From contig OZ244999.1 of NCBI GenBank assembly GCA_965223265.1, forward strand, positions 5,472,001-5,536,000: a stretch of 64,000 bases of DNA, in the 5' to 3' direction. Origin of the DNA: Planctomycetota bacterium. GTDB lineage: Bacteria > Planctomycetota > UBA8108 > SXIK01. Of this stretch, positions 1 through 9,623 are shown piece by piece. The translations under genes were made by a program, and so were the position numbers. Position 1 is the first letter of the stretch, and each line of letters begins with the position of its first letter. The notes below the pieces were generated by a model. It was given only the letters and a program-made list of their open reading frames with translations. It was not told the origin of the DNA and made no database searches.

Positions 1-231
1 TAAAAACAGCGCAAATTCAGGGCTTTCTGCGGGCCTTCACATCGGTACGAAACTTGCGATCTTTTGTTCGGCTCGAGACGAGAAGAGGGAAGAGAGAAGA
101 GAGAGAAGCGGAGAGGAGGAAGCACGATGAGGGAAAGAGGTGACGCAGTAGGTCTTGGTGGAGCGACGACGCTGGCGCGGCGTGGGAGTGAAGCGCAGGG
201 AGAGGGAGAAGGGCTCAGCTTTCCGAGGATC

Positions 232-411
232 ATGTGGTACTCAGAGCTGGAATCGCAACTGCGCTCGTACGACGATCTGTCGGCGCAATTGAGAGAGCTG
301 AGGGGGTTCCTACTCGAGCTGCCGCGGGACGAATTCGCGCTCTATCGAGACCGATTCAACAAACTTGCTTCGCGTTACAACCGCTTGGCGAAGTCGAAGA
401 AGGCTCCCTGA
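232..411 (+). CDS. small helical hypothetical protein (59 aa)
   Basis: ATG at 232 is in frame with the 64..411 ORF and preceded by GAGGA; the product MWYSELESQLRSYDDLSAQLRELRGFLLEL... looks amphipathic-helical, while the upstream extension is low-complexity purine-rich sequence. Confidence 0.4.
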   Translation: MWYSELESQLRSYDDLSAQLRELRGFLLELPRDEFALYRDRFNKLASRYNRLAKSKKAP

Positions 412-538
412 TCGCGCCCCTCCCATTCGCGCGCCTCTTCGCCCTCTATGCTATGCTGTCAGTCGCGGTCCGCTTTCGAGATAGTGTGTTCTAACTCGAG
501 GCGCGACCCACACCCTCAAGCAATGGGAGGCCGACAGC

Positions 539-1402
539 ATGACGTCAGTGCGAGACACGTACAAGTTTGACGAACTCACTTGGCCCGAAATCAACGAAGC
601 GGTCCGTCTCCGAAAGATCCCCATTCTGCCGACCGGTTCGGTGGAGCAACACGGTCACCACTTGGCGCTCAACGTCGATCACGTCTGCGCTAGCGCAGTT
701 GCGACCGAAGCCGCGCGTCTGAAGCCTGAGTACAGCCTCGTGCTGCCACCCGTCACCTACGGGTATGTCCATCATGTCATGGACTTTCCCGGATCGCTGA
801 ACATCCACTTCGAGCACTTCATTCAGTACGTTCTCGACATCTGCAAGAGCCTCGCCTACCACGGCTTCAAAAAGATCGTCATCGTCAACGGCCATGGTTC
901 CAACCACCCGCTGGTGGATCTGGTCAGCCGCCGCGTCATCGTCGAGACGGACGCGAGCTGCGTCTTCTGCAGCTGGTGGCAGCTGCTTCAAGTCGATCCG
1001 GAGTTCAAGAACAAGTGGCGTGACAGCATTTTTCCCGGTGGCTGCTCACACGCCTGTGAGCTCGAAACTTCGATGATGCTCCACCTGCGGCCAGACTGTG
1101 TTCGCCAAGAGAAGATCAAGAGCGAGATTGCGCGCACGAACAAAGTCGGCTCCAAATTCATTTGGGGTGACCTGTTCGGTAAAGGCCCGCTCGGGCTTCT
1201 CGAGTGGACAAGCCAGTACACAGAGACCGGCGTCATGGGTGAAGCGGAGAAGGCTACCGCTGAGAAAGGGCGTCTTGTCTTCGAGGAGGCGAGTCGTCAA
1301 CTTGCTGCTTTCATCGAGGAATACCACGCGCGTTCGATCGAGCCTCGACAAGCGCACCAGGCTGAGGCTCCGACGATGGAGCTCAATTTCCCGACCGACT
1401 GA
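539..1402 (+). CDS. creatininase/creatinine amidohydrolase family protein
   Basis: LPTGSVEQHGHHL..D, VNGHGSN and HACELETS metal-binding motifs; GGAGG RBS. Confidence 0.9.
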   Translation: MTSVRDTYKFDELTWPEINEAVRLRKIPILPTGSVEQHGHHLALNVDHVCASAVATEAARLKPEYSLVLPPVTYGYVHHVMDFPGSLNIHFEHFIQYVLDICKSLAYHGFKKIVIVNGHGSNHPLVDLVSRRVIVETDASCVFCSWWQLLQVDPEFKNKWRDSIFPGGCSHACELETSMMLHLRPDCVRQEKIKSEIARTNKVGSKFIWGDLFGKGPLGLLEWTSQYTETGVMGEAEKATAEKGRLVFEEASRQLAAFIEEYHARSIEPRQAHQAEAPTMELNFPTD

Positions 1403-1628
1403 CGTCGATCGAACCGCCGCACGCGAACGGTGAGATCGCCGAGAGCGCCGCAGCCGCCGCAGCCGCCGCCGGACCGTCGTTGTGGTTGCCGGACAGCTCT
1501 CGTTCGATGAGACGGCTAGCAGCCGCGATCATGTTTGTCGTTTGCGACGAAGAAGCAGCCAGGTAGCATGTCTGGGGTCAAGCGCGACCAGACGCGGCAG
1601 GTGAGGCGCGGCATGAAGCTCAGAAAGA

Positions 1629-2747
1629 ATGAAGATCACAGACGTCGAAGCGATCCATCTACGCATTCCAGACGTTGAAGAGATCGCCGACGGCACTCAA
1701 GACGTTCTCGTGATCAAAATTCACACCGATGCGGGCGACGTCGGGATTGGTGAAGTCAGCAGTCAATCCTACGTCTGCAAGGCGATCTTCGAAGCGCCGC
1801 GCTCAGCGGCTCGGCGACATGGCTTGAGAGAGATTTTGGTCGGCCAGGAGATCGACGATGTCCGCGCGCTCTGGCGACGCATGTACTACCAGACGAATCG
1901 CTACGGTCGCCGCGGCGCAGCACTCCACGCCATCAGCGGCGCCGACATCGCACTTTGGGACCTCTACGGCAAGCAGCGCGGCCTGCCTGTCTGTGAACTG
2001 CTCGGCAACCCGCGTCGCAAACCGATTCGCGCCTACGCGAGCTTCCTCTTCGGAACGACGCCCGACGCCACGCGCCAACTCGCCGTCGACGCGGTCGACC
2101 TCGGGCTGACGGCGGTGAAGTTCGGCTGGGGACCCTTTGGCCAGGACGAAGCGACCGACTTGGCGCACGTCGCCGCTGCCCGCGAAGCGCTCGGAGCTGA
2201 TCGCACGCTCATGGTCGACGCAGGCTGTGCCTGGGACGCAGACACCGCACTGGCGCGCGCTGAGCGCCTCGCAGAGTTCGACCTAGAATGGCTCGAGGAA
2301 CCTCTGACGCAGGATGACCTCGCTGGCTATCGACACCTAGCCGAACGTTCGCCCGTGCCAATCGCTGCCGGCGAGGGTGAAGTGACCCGCTTCGGCTTCG
2401 AGGAACTTGCCGCGTGCGGCGTTCGTATCCTGCAGCCAGATGTCGCGATCTGCGGCGGGCTCACCGTCTGCGAAGAGGTGAGCGAGATTTGCGCGAGGAC
2501 TCGCGCGCGACCGGTCCCCCACTGCTTCAGCACCGGCATCAACCTTGCCGCGTCACTACACTGGATCGCGACCGCGCCGCGCGGCGACCTCGTCGAGTAC
2601 TGCCTGCGTCCGTCGCCACTCATGCGCAAGCTTGTGCGCAACTTGCCGCCACTCGAGGCGGGCCACGTCGACGTTCCAGACGGCCCCGGTCTCGGCATCG
2701 AGCTCGACGAAAGAGTTGTCGAAGAGTTCAGGGTAAACCCATCGTGA
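1629..2747 (+). CDS. mandelate racemase/muconate lactonizing enzyme (enolase superfamily)
   Basis: MKITDVEAI start, AISGADIALWDL.GK, LMVDA, WLEEP, IAAGE and LQPD..ICGG motifs. Confidence 0.92.
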   Translation: MKITDVEAIHLRIPDVEEIADGTQDVLVIKIHTDAGDVGIGEVSSQSYVCKAIFEAPRSAARRHGLREILVGQEIDDVRALWRRMYYQTNRYGRRGAALHAISGADIALWDLYGKQRGLPVCELLGNPRRKPIRAYASFLFGTTPDATRQLAVDAVDLGLTAVKFGWGPFGQDEATDLAHVAAAREALGADRTLMVDAGCAWDADTALARAERLAEFDLEWLEEPLTQDDLAGYRHLAERSPVPIAAGEGEVTRFGFEELAACGVRILQPDVAICGGLTVCEEVSEICARTRARPVPHCFSTGINLAASLHWIATAPRGDLVEYCLRPSPLMRKLVRNLPPLEAGHVDVPDGPGLGIELDERVVEEFRVNPS

Positions 2748-4120
2748 CTCCGTCGGCCCCAGACTCACCTCGACCAACTCGCATCCGCTACGTGGTGCTG
2801 ACACTCGCCTGCCTGACGAGCTTCATCCTTTACCTCCATCGATATGCGTGGGGGGTGATCAAACCCGACGTCAAGGCGGAGTTCGGCCTCGACGATGAGC
2901 AGCTTGGTTGGCTCGACTCCGCATTCAACATCACCTACGCGATCTTTCAGGTTCCGATCGGGCTCCTCGGCGACCTGGTCGGTCCGGCGCTCGTCCTGCC
3001 GCTGATCATTGGGCTCTGGTCAGGTGCCGTGGCGCTCACGTCGTGGGCTGCAGGGTTGTGGCCGCTCGCCGGCGTGCGACTCTTTTTCGGCGCCGCGCAG
3101 GCCGGAACCTACCCTAACTTGTCGACCGTTACGCGTAGCTGGTTTCCTCTCTCATCCCGCACAACTGTGCAGGGCTTCATCGCCTCGGCCTCCGGACGTG
3201 CCGGCGGCGCATGTGCTTCGATCGTCGTCAGCGCGCTTCTGATCGGAGCGCTCGGGCTGTCCTGGCGCTGGGCGCTTGTCGTCATCAGTTTTTTGGGAGG
3301 AGTGCTGGTGGTCGGATATCTCCTTCTCTTCCGGAGTCATCCCGCATTCCACCCTCGCGTCAACGACGCAGAGCGACGCCTGATCTCGGCGGGGGAAACC
3401 GAGGACGACAGCACGCGCAAGAATCGAGACGCCACCAACACTCCCGCCGATAAAAACGATTTGCCGGAATCGACGAATGAGGTTTCGGCACCCACTCGCT
3501 TCACTCGCGACCGCGCCGCATGGATCAGCTTTTCCTTTCTCCTCTTTCACATGTTCGCCAGCGCCTTCGCCGATCAGCTGTACGTCTATTGGATTCCGCT
3601 CTTTCTCGAGGAAGAAAAAGGGCTGAGCAAAACCGCCATGGGCTTCTACGCAAGCCTTCCTCTCCTCGCGGGCGCGCTCGGTGGTCTCTTTGGTGGCGTG
3701 CTCAACGACTGGCTCCTCCGCCTTTTCGGGCGGCGTTTCGCTCGCGCCACCGTTGGACTCGTCGGGAAACTACTCTCGGCCGTGCTCATGCTGATCAGTC
3801 TCCAGTTCGAGTCAGGTCGAGCCGTCATGATCGTGATCGCCTGCAGCAAATTCTTCACAGACTGGAGTCAGCCGACGACGTGGGGTACGGTAACCGACAT
3901 CGCCGGCAGAGCGTCCGGGCGCGTGTTCGGTACGGTGAACATGGTCGGTTCGATCGGCACCGTCATCGCCGGCCCTGTGCTCGGCGGCCTGAAGAAGGAC
4001 TTCGGCTGGAATGCCGTGTTCACCGCTCTTGCCGTCGTCTACGTGGCCGCCGCGCTGGCGTGGCTCGGAATCGATGCGTCCAGGCGCCTGATGGTGCGGG
4101 ATCGCGACACAGAAAGTTGA
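2744..4120 (+). CDS. MFS transporter (ACS/sugar-acid type)
   Basis: GTG start overlaps the upstream TGA (GTGA); about 12 hydrophobic segments; RYVVL..., FQVPIGLLGD, RLFFGAAQAG..P and RSWFP motifs. Confidence 0.88.
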   Translation: MTPSAPDSPRPTRIRYVVLTLACLTSFILYLHRYAWGVIKPDVKAEFGLDDEQLGWLDSAFNITYAIFQVPIGLLGDLVGPALVLPLIIGLWSGAVALTSWAAGLWPLAGVRLFFGAAQAGTYPNLSTVTRSWFPLSSRTTVQGFIASASGRAGGACASIVVSALLIGALGLSWRWALVVISFLGGVLVVGYLLLFRSHPAFHPRVNDAERRLISAGETEDDSTRKNRDATNTPADKNDLPESTNEVSAPTRFTRDRAAWISFSFLLFHMFASAFADQLYVYWIPLFLEEEKGLSKTAMGFYASLPLLAGALGGLFGGVLNDWLLRLFGRRFARATVGLVGKLLSAVLMLISLQFESGRAVMIVIACSKFFTDWSQPTTWGTVTDIAGRASGRVFGTVNMVGSIGTVIAGPVLGGLKKDFGWNAVFTALAVVYVAAALAWLGIDASRRLMVRDRDTES

Positions 4121-4168
4121 GCATCAAGGAGCCACCAACGAGGGTGGCACCATCAACCGACTTCTCCC

Positions 4169-4960
4169 GTGAACGAAGTGAGCGAGCGTCGACGACTGAC
4201 AGCTGAGCAGCTGACCCACTACCGAGACGAAGGCTACGTCACCGGTCTTCCCGTCTTCAACGCCGACGAAGTCGCGACGCTGCAGGCCAGGTTTCCGGAG
4301 ATCCGTACCTTGCTTCGACCGGGGAAAGACATCAGCCGTGTCAACTGGTGGCACAAAAAGAACCGGTTCCTCTATGACAATGTGTGTACCGACTCGCGCA
4401 TCCTCGACTACGTCGAGTGCCTTTTGGGGCCGAACTTCTTCCTCTGGGGGTCACAGTTCTTCGTGAAAGATCCTGGTGACGGCAGCGAGGTACCGTGGCA
4501 TCAGGATGCGCAGTATTGGCCGCTCGAGCCGATGAAAGCGGTCACGGTGTTTGTCGCGTTCGACGACTGTGACGCCGCCAATGCTTGCATGCGCGTGATT
4601 CCGCGTACGCATCGCGAGTCTGCGAAACAGCATCGACACGCCGGCAAGGATCACTACGTCCTGCAAGAAGAGATCCTCCCGGAGGAGATCGACACGTCGC
4701 AGTCCGTCGACCTCGAGCTCCGCGGCGGAGAGATCTCCCTCCACGACGACCGCCTCGTTCATGGCTCCGGGCCGAACCTCTCGGAGCGGCCGCGGATTGG
4801 ATTCACCATGCGCTATTCGAGCACCGACGTGAAGTGTGACCTGGCCGTATGGCCGACGTTCGCGGCGTTCCTCGTGCGCGGCGTTGACAAGTTCGACCAC
4901 AATCCTCGCGGCGTCGTGCCAACCGGGTTCGAAGCTCCGGACTGCATGCGTCCGGCGTGA
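4169..4960 (+). CDS. phytanoyl-CoA dioxygenase (PhyH) family Fe/2OG dioxygenase
   Basis: PWHQD...HGSGPN.S..PR (HxD...H triad) and NACMRVIPRTH. Confidence 0.9.
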   Translation: MNEVSERRRLTAEQLTHYRDEGYVTGLPVFNADEVATLQARFPEIRTLLRPGKDISRVNWWHKKNRFLYDNVCTDSRILDYVECLLGPNFFLWGSQFFVKDPGDGSEVPWHQDAQYWPLEPMKAVTVFVAFDDCDAANACMRVIPRTHRESAKQHRHAGKDHYVLQEEILPEEIDTSQSVDLELRGGEISLHDDRLVHGSGPNLSERPRIGFTMRYSSTDVKCDLAVWPTFAAFLVRGVDKFDHNPRGVVPTGFEAPDCMRPA

Positions 4961-4981
4961 AATCAATCGGCAAACCCGCCG

Positions 4982-6472
4982 TCAAGCGCCCCCGAGATCA
5001 AATCGTGTGTCGGCGTCCATCGGATAGATTTTGCGACCGAGCCGCCGAAACGGCAGTCGTTTGAAGTCTTGCGAAAAAGGACTCTCGGTGTCGACATTGT
5101 GGATCGACCCGGCAATGGGGCCAAAACCGCTGCGAAAGTGCCCGGTCGACTTGACGCAGAGATATCGCGTCTGCGTGCAGTCAAGGCCAAGGGTGCGCGC
5201 GAAGGCAAGATCGATCGGTTGAATCGTGCGCGAAATCACCGCCACGTGAACGCCGCCCTGACGCAGGAGAACGGACTTGCCGTGGTCGCCGCCGAGACGG
5301 GCAAACATCGGCCCGTCGTACGTAAACAGCCCGTCGGTAACAGCGAGCACTTCGGCGTGCAGCCGCACGGGTTCCCCCGACAGCTCGTAGCGCCCGCCCA
5401 CGTCGACGTCGACGACAGCGCCAACACCCGCCGCGGCCGCGATCTCGACCGCCTGCGGATCCACGATGTGGAGAACGGCGGACGGCTCTAGCTGATTGTC
5501 GAGGAAGAGCTGTAGGATTTCGGTGTTGTCACTGGGCGCGCCACCGCCCGGATTGTCCGCTTGGTCAGCGAGGATGATTGGGTAACGCCCCTGCGCCTCG
5601 CCGGCGGCGAGCCCCTCGAGCGCCGTCATCGGCGCCGCCTGCCAAACATCGCGGCGCTCCCAAACCCAGCGCGCAAGCTCGTCTGCTCTGCGCTGCGCGT
5701 TCACCGCATCGCCATCCGTCACCACGATCGTCGAAGCGCCAGCGCATGGGACGTCAGCCCACTGGTATCCGACTCCAACACTCGCCGTCAACACGTCCGG
5801 CTGACGCTCAACGGCATGCAGCTGTTCGACAAGCGACCGCATCGGATCTTCGGCTGAGATCATCTTGATCGCCGCCCAAAAGAGCGGCAGCGAAGTCCAT
5901 CCCATCGTCGGTCGCACCTCGCCGCGAATTGTCTTCACGATCATATCCGCAGCCTCGATACCGCGTTCCGCCATATCCGTATGGGGATAGGTGTCTTCGA
6001 CGATAAGGGCCGTGGCGCTACGCACCATGTCCTCGCCGATGTTCGAATGCAGGTCGTGCACGGCGATGATCGGAGTGTCCGGACCGACAAGGGCGCGCGT
6101 CGCGACCAAAATATCTCCATCGGCATCGTCAACGCCCTGCGCTGAGTACGATCCATGCAAGCTGAGGAGGACGCCGTCGACGGGAAGAGCTGCCTCGAGT
6201 GGAGCCAAAAGTCGCCGCTTAAGCTCCTCGTGCGTCGCCTGTGCCGGTTGACCACCCGACGGTGCGTGACACCAGATGAGCGGTACGACCTGGCCACCGC
6301 CGCGGCGAACGCCCGTCAGAAACCCATCAACGATCGTGTTGGCATCGCCCTTCCGACGCCCGAGCTCCTCCGACTCCGACCAGCGAGTGCCGACGAAGAA
6401 GTCTTCGAGACGGGTCTCCAGCGGCGAGAAATTGCTACTCTCATGTTCGATTCCACCAACCGCAATGCGCAT
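4982..6472 (-). CDS. M81 family metallopeptidase (MlrC-like)
   Basis: MRIAVGGIEHESSNFS, LSLHG, DLHSN, YPHTD, DNPGGG and VKSTGHFR motifs; ATG at 6472 with GAGGA RBS. Confidence 0.9.
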   Translation of the reverse strand: MRIAVGGIEHESSNFSPLETRLEDFFVGTRWSESEELGRRKGDANTIVDGFLTGVRRGGGQVVPLIWCHAPSGGQPAQATHEELKRRLLAPLEAALPVDGVLLSLHGSYSAQGVDDADGDILVATRALVGPDTPIIAVHDLHSNIGEDMVRSATALIVEDTYPHTDMAERGIEAADMIVKTIRGEVRPTMGWTSLPLFWAAIKMISAEDPMRSLVEQLHAVERQPDVLTASVGVGYQWADVPCAGASTIVVTDGDAVNAQRRADELARWVWERRDVWQAAPMTALEGLAAGEAQGRYPIILADQADNPGGGAPSDNTEILQLFLDNQLEPSAVLHIVDPQAVEIAAAAGVGAVVDVDVGGRYELSGEPVRLHAEVLAVTDGLFTYDGPMFARLGGDHGKSVLLRQGGVHVAVISRTIQPIDLAFARTLGLDCTQTRYLCVKSTGHFRSGFGPIAGSIHNVDTESPFSQDFKRLPFRRLGRKIYPMDADTRFDLGGA

Positions 6473-6764
6473 CGTCTGTTCCTCTGCCAACGTTCCTGCA
6501 AGCGACCGCCGCCCAGCGTATCATGGCGAACTGGCGTAGCGACGGCGAATTCACTCGTCAGTCACCGTTCGCGAAGCGATTTCGTGCTCTGGAGACCAAG
6601 GGCTGGACGCGGCGAAGATCCGAACGGGGCTGCCTGCGATAGAATCACTCGAGCCGCACTGGTCCGCCCCTACCTTTCCCGGCAACCCCACGCTATTCTG
6701 GTGCGGTGCGCGCCTGAAGTGCACACAGCCGCTGATCGACAACCAACCGACGAAACACCGATCC

Positions 6765-7688
6765 ATGAACGCTTCGTTCGGCGGGGTCTGGCCCGCCATG
6801 CTGACACCCTTCACCGAAGAGGGTGAACCAAACCTTGACGTCATCGATCCATTGGTCGACGCGTTCGCGCGTGAAGGTCTTGACGGCCTCTACGTTCTTG
6901 GCTCCACTGGTCAAGGCTTAGCGCAGAGCGTCGAGCAGCGCCGCCGCGTCCTTGAGCGTGTTGTCACCGCCAGCCGCGGACGCCTGCCGGTGATGGTGCA
7001 CGTCGGTGCTATCGCGACGCGTGATGCCGTCGAGCTCGCGCGTCATGCGGCCGACTGCGGGGCCGACGCAGTCTCGTCGGTACCGCCGGTCTACTTCCCC
7101 TGCACGCAGGACGCTGTGTTCGAGCACTATCGGCAGATCGGGGGTGCGACAGAGCTCCCCTTCTTCCCGTACCATCTCGACTTTTTCGGCGTCGAGATGC
7201 TCGCCGATCCCGCCTACACGCAGCGCGTCCTCGCCATACCCAACGTCGCCGGCATGAAGCTGACGATCCGTGACCTCTACCACTTCGGTCTCTTCGCCGC
7301 ACGCACCCGCGGACGCCTGACGCTGTTCAGCGGCGCGGATGAACTCGTCTGTCACGCGGTACTGAGCGGTGCCGTCGGGGCGATCGGTACGTTCTACAAC
7401 CTGTGGGGGCGAGCAGTCGCGGCAGCACGTTGCGCATGTACCAGCGGCGACGTCGATCGAGCCCGCGAGTTCATGGAGACTTTTCAGCTGGCGGTGGACG
7501 AAATCCTTCGCAGCGGCAATACGTATGACTTTTTGCGTCGTGCCATGCGTCTCAAGTACGACATCGACATCGGTCCAGGTCGATCTCCGAGCAGTTTCAC
7601 GAGCCGGCCTTGGGACGATGCCGTCGTGGAGCGCATTGTCGCGCGGGTCGATGCAACGCTCACACAAACCAAGCCGCACAATCAATGA
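6765..7688 (+). CDS. dihydrodipicolinate synthase/N-acetylneuraminate lyase family aldolase
   Basis: GVWPAMLTPF, YVLGSTGQ, HVG, Schiff-base Lys in GMKLT, SGADE and GAIGTFYN. Confidence 0.88.
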   Translation: MNASFGGVWPAMLTPFTEEGEPNLDVIDPLVDAFAREGLDGLYVLGSTGQGLAQSVEQRRRVLERVVTASRGRLPVMVHVGAIATRDAVELARHAADCGADAVSSVPPVYFPCTQDAVFEHYRQIGGATELPFFPYHLDFFGVEMLADPAYTQRVLAIPNVAGMKLTIRDLYHFGLFAARTRGRLTLFSGADELVCHAVLSGAVGAIGTFYNLWGRAVAAARCACTSGDVDRAREFMETFQLAVDEILRSGNTYDFLRRAMRLKYDIDIGPGRSPSSFTSRPWDDAVVERIVARVDATLTQTKPHNQ

Positions 7689-7704
7689 AAACGAATCAGT
7701 GAAC

Positions 7705-9075
7705 ATGGAGAAGCTCATGCACGCACGTTCGCACACGCCCAGAACTGTCGCCCTTTTCGCCGCCGCCTTCGTGGCCTCTCTCGTGTTGGCGCCTGCGCTC
7801 ACCGCTGCGCCAGGCACTGCCGCCAATGAGCTGTCAGCGACCGAGAAAGCGGCTGGGTTCGAGCTCCTCTTCGATGGCCTAACCCTGGAAGGTTGGGAAG
7901 GCAACCCGGACTTCTGGACGGTCGAGCGCGGAGCGATCGTCGGGCGGACGACGAAAGAGAACCCGACCAAAGGCAACACGTTTCTCATCTATCGACCGGG
8001 GCTGTTGACGGATTTCGAGCTGCGCGTTTCGTGGAAAATCGAAGGCGGCAACTCCGGCATTCAGTTTCGCAGCCGCGATCTCGGCAATTGGGTCGTCGGC
8101 GGCTACCAGGCCGACCTCGACGCCAGCGGCAAGTTCACCGGCATCCTCTACGACGAGAAGGGACGCGGCATTCTCGCCAAGCGCAACGAGAAGGTTCTCG
8201 TCACGAGCGAAGGAAAGAAAGTCGTCGTCGCGCACCTAGCAGGAGAAGAGACGATCAGAGCAGCCATTGACGCCGACGGCTGGAACGAAACCGTGGTGAC
8301 GGCTTGGGGCCACCACATCGTGCAGACGATCAATGGTGTAACGACCATGGAGCTCTACGATCGCGACAAGGAAAAGCGGGTCACGTCGGGAATCTTGGCG
8401 CTGCAGCTCCACGCGGGGCCGCCGATGACGGTGCGCTTCCGCTCGATCAAACTCAAGCGTTACGCCTCCGATCGCCCAGAGGCTCTCTTCGATGGCCGCA
8501 GCCTCACCGGCTGGATGCTGCACGAGGGACTTCCCGGCGGCGAAGTGGCAGGCAAGTGGACGGTGGAGGATGGCTCGATCGTTGGACGCCAACACCCGCC
8601 AGGAAAGGGCGGTTTTCTAACGACACTGCGCGAATACCAAGACTTCGAGCTCGAGTTCGAGACCAAGATCGAGTGGCCGTTCGACAGCGGTGTGTTCCTC
8701 CGCGTTGGGCCGCACGGTAAGAGCCATCAGGTGACACTCGACTACCGCGAGAACGGTACGGTCGGCGCGATCTATTGCCCATGGACACAAGGCTTCGTGC
8801 ACAAAGGTGACGGTGAAGGCATGCGCAAGTTCAAGAAGGACGCGTGGAATCAGGCAAAGATCCGCATCGAAGGCGAGCCAGCGCGCATCCGCTTCTGGCT
8901 CAACGGCGATCTCATCACCGACTTCCAGCACACCGAAAAGAGCACCGCCGGCGTGCCCGGGAAAGGCACGATCTGCCTCCAGGTCCATCCCGGCGGTAAA
9001 GGCTACGACGAGGCGTATGCGGCTTTTCGCAGCCTGAGCGTCAGGGATCTCAGCGTCGGGCGGTCAGAGGAGTAG
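7705..9075 (+). CDS. secreted tandem DUF1080 (3-keto-disaccharide hydrolase-like) protein
   Basis: Signal peptide; two LFDG.TL.GW...DFEL...NSG...WN...G.I.LQ.H domains; start could be 7705 or 7717. Confidence 0.88.
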   Translation: MEKLMHARSHTPRTVALFAAAFVASLVLAPALTAAPGTAANELSATEKAAGFELLFDGLTLEGWEGNPDFWTVERGAIVGRTTKENPTKGNTFLIYRPGLLTDFELRVSWKIEGGNSGIQFRSRDLGNWVVGGYQADLDASGKFTGILYDEKGRGILAKRNEKVLVTSEGKKVVVAHLAGEETIRAAIDADGWNETVVTAWGHHIVQTINGVTTMELYDRDKEKRVTSGILALQLHAGPPMTVRFRSIKLKRYASDRPEALFDGRSLTGWMLHEGLPGGEVAGKWTVEDGSIVGRQHPPGKGGFLTTLREYQDFELEFETKIEWPFDSGVFLRVGPHGKSHQVTLDYRENGTVGAIYCPWTQGFVHKGDGEGMRKFKKDAWNQAKIRIEGEPARIRFWLNGDLITDFQHTEKSTAGVPGKGTICLQVHPGGKGYDEAYAAFRSLSVRDLSVGRSEE

Positions 9076-9128
9076 AGAGACCGCGCGCGCTGCTGGTCGC
9101 TTTCCGTGAGGGCTGCGGAGTAGGACGC

Positions 9129-9224
9129 TTTGCGTTTGCGTTTGCGTTTGCGTTTGCGTTTGCGTGGGCGTTTGCGTGGGCGTTTGCATTTGCGTTTGCG
9201 TTTGCGTTTGCGTGGGCGTGGGCG
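9129..9224 (+). repeat. hexamer tandem array (TTTGCG/TGGGCG) x16
   Basis: 16 in-register units read directly from the sequence. Confidence 0.95.
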
Positions 9225-9234
9225 TCTCTCTAAG

Positions 9235-9598
9235 GTAGCAGGCACACTCTGTGTGCCGTCGCCCGAAAGACGACAGATCGGACGATGCGCGGCGAGACTG
9301 TGAGCTTTCTAGAAGATGCTGCCGCAACCGCAACTCGCGGTCACGTCCGGACCGTCACGTCCGGATCGCACGCCGCCGTGCACCGACGCCACGAAAACCG
9401 GACGGCACACGGAGAAGCTGTGAATTCTTTAGAACGTGCCGTCGCACCTCACGGTCACGGTCCACGGTCACGGTCACGTCCGGACGGCACACGGAGTGTG
9501 CCTGCTACTTTAGGAGACGCGCTCGCTCACGCTCACAAGAACGGATGGCACACGGAGCAGGGCTGTAAAGATTCACAGCCTCGGCGTGTGCCTGCTAC
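9235..9598. repeat. cluster of GTAG-type REP-like palindromes (BIME-like)
   Basis: GTAGCAGGCACACTCTGTGTGCCGTC at 9235-9260, inverted copy GACGGCACACGGAGTGTGCCTGCTAC at 9483-9508, partial or interrupted copies at 9401-9414 and 9544-9598. Confidence 0.8.
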
Positions 9599-9623
9599 TT
9601 TGAAGACGGCGCGCGCGCTTCGA

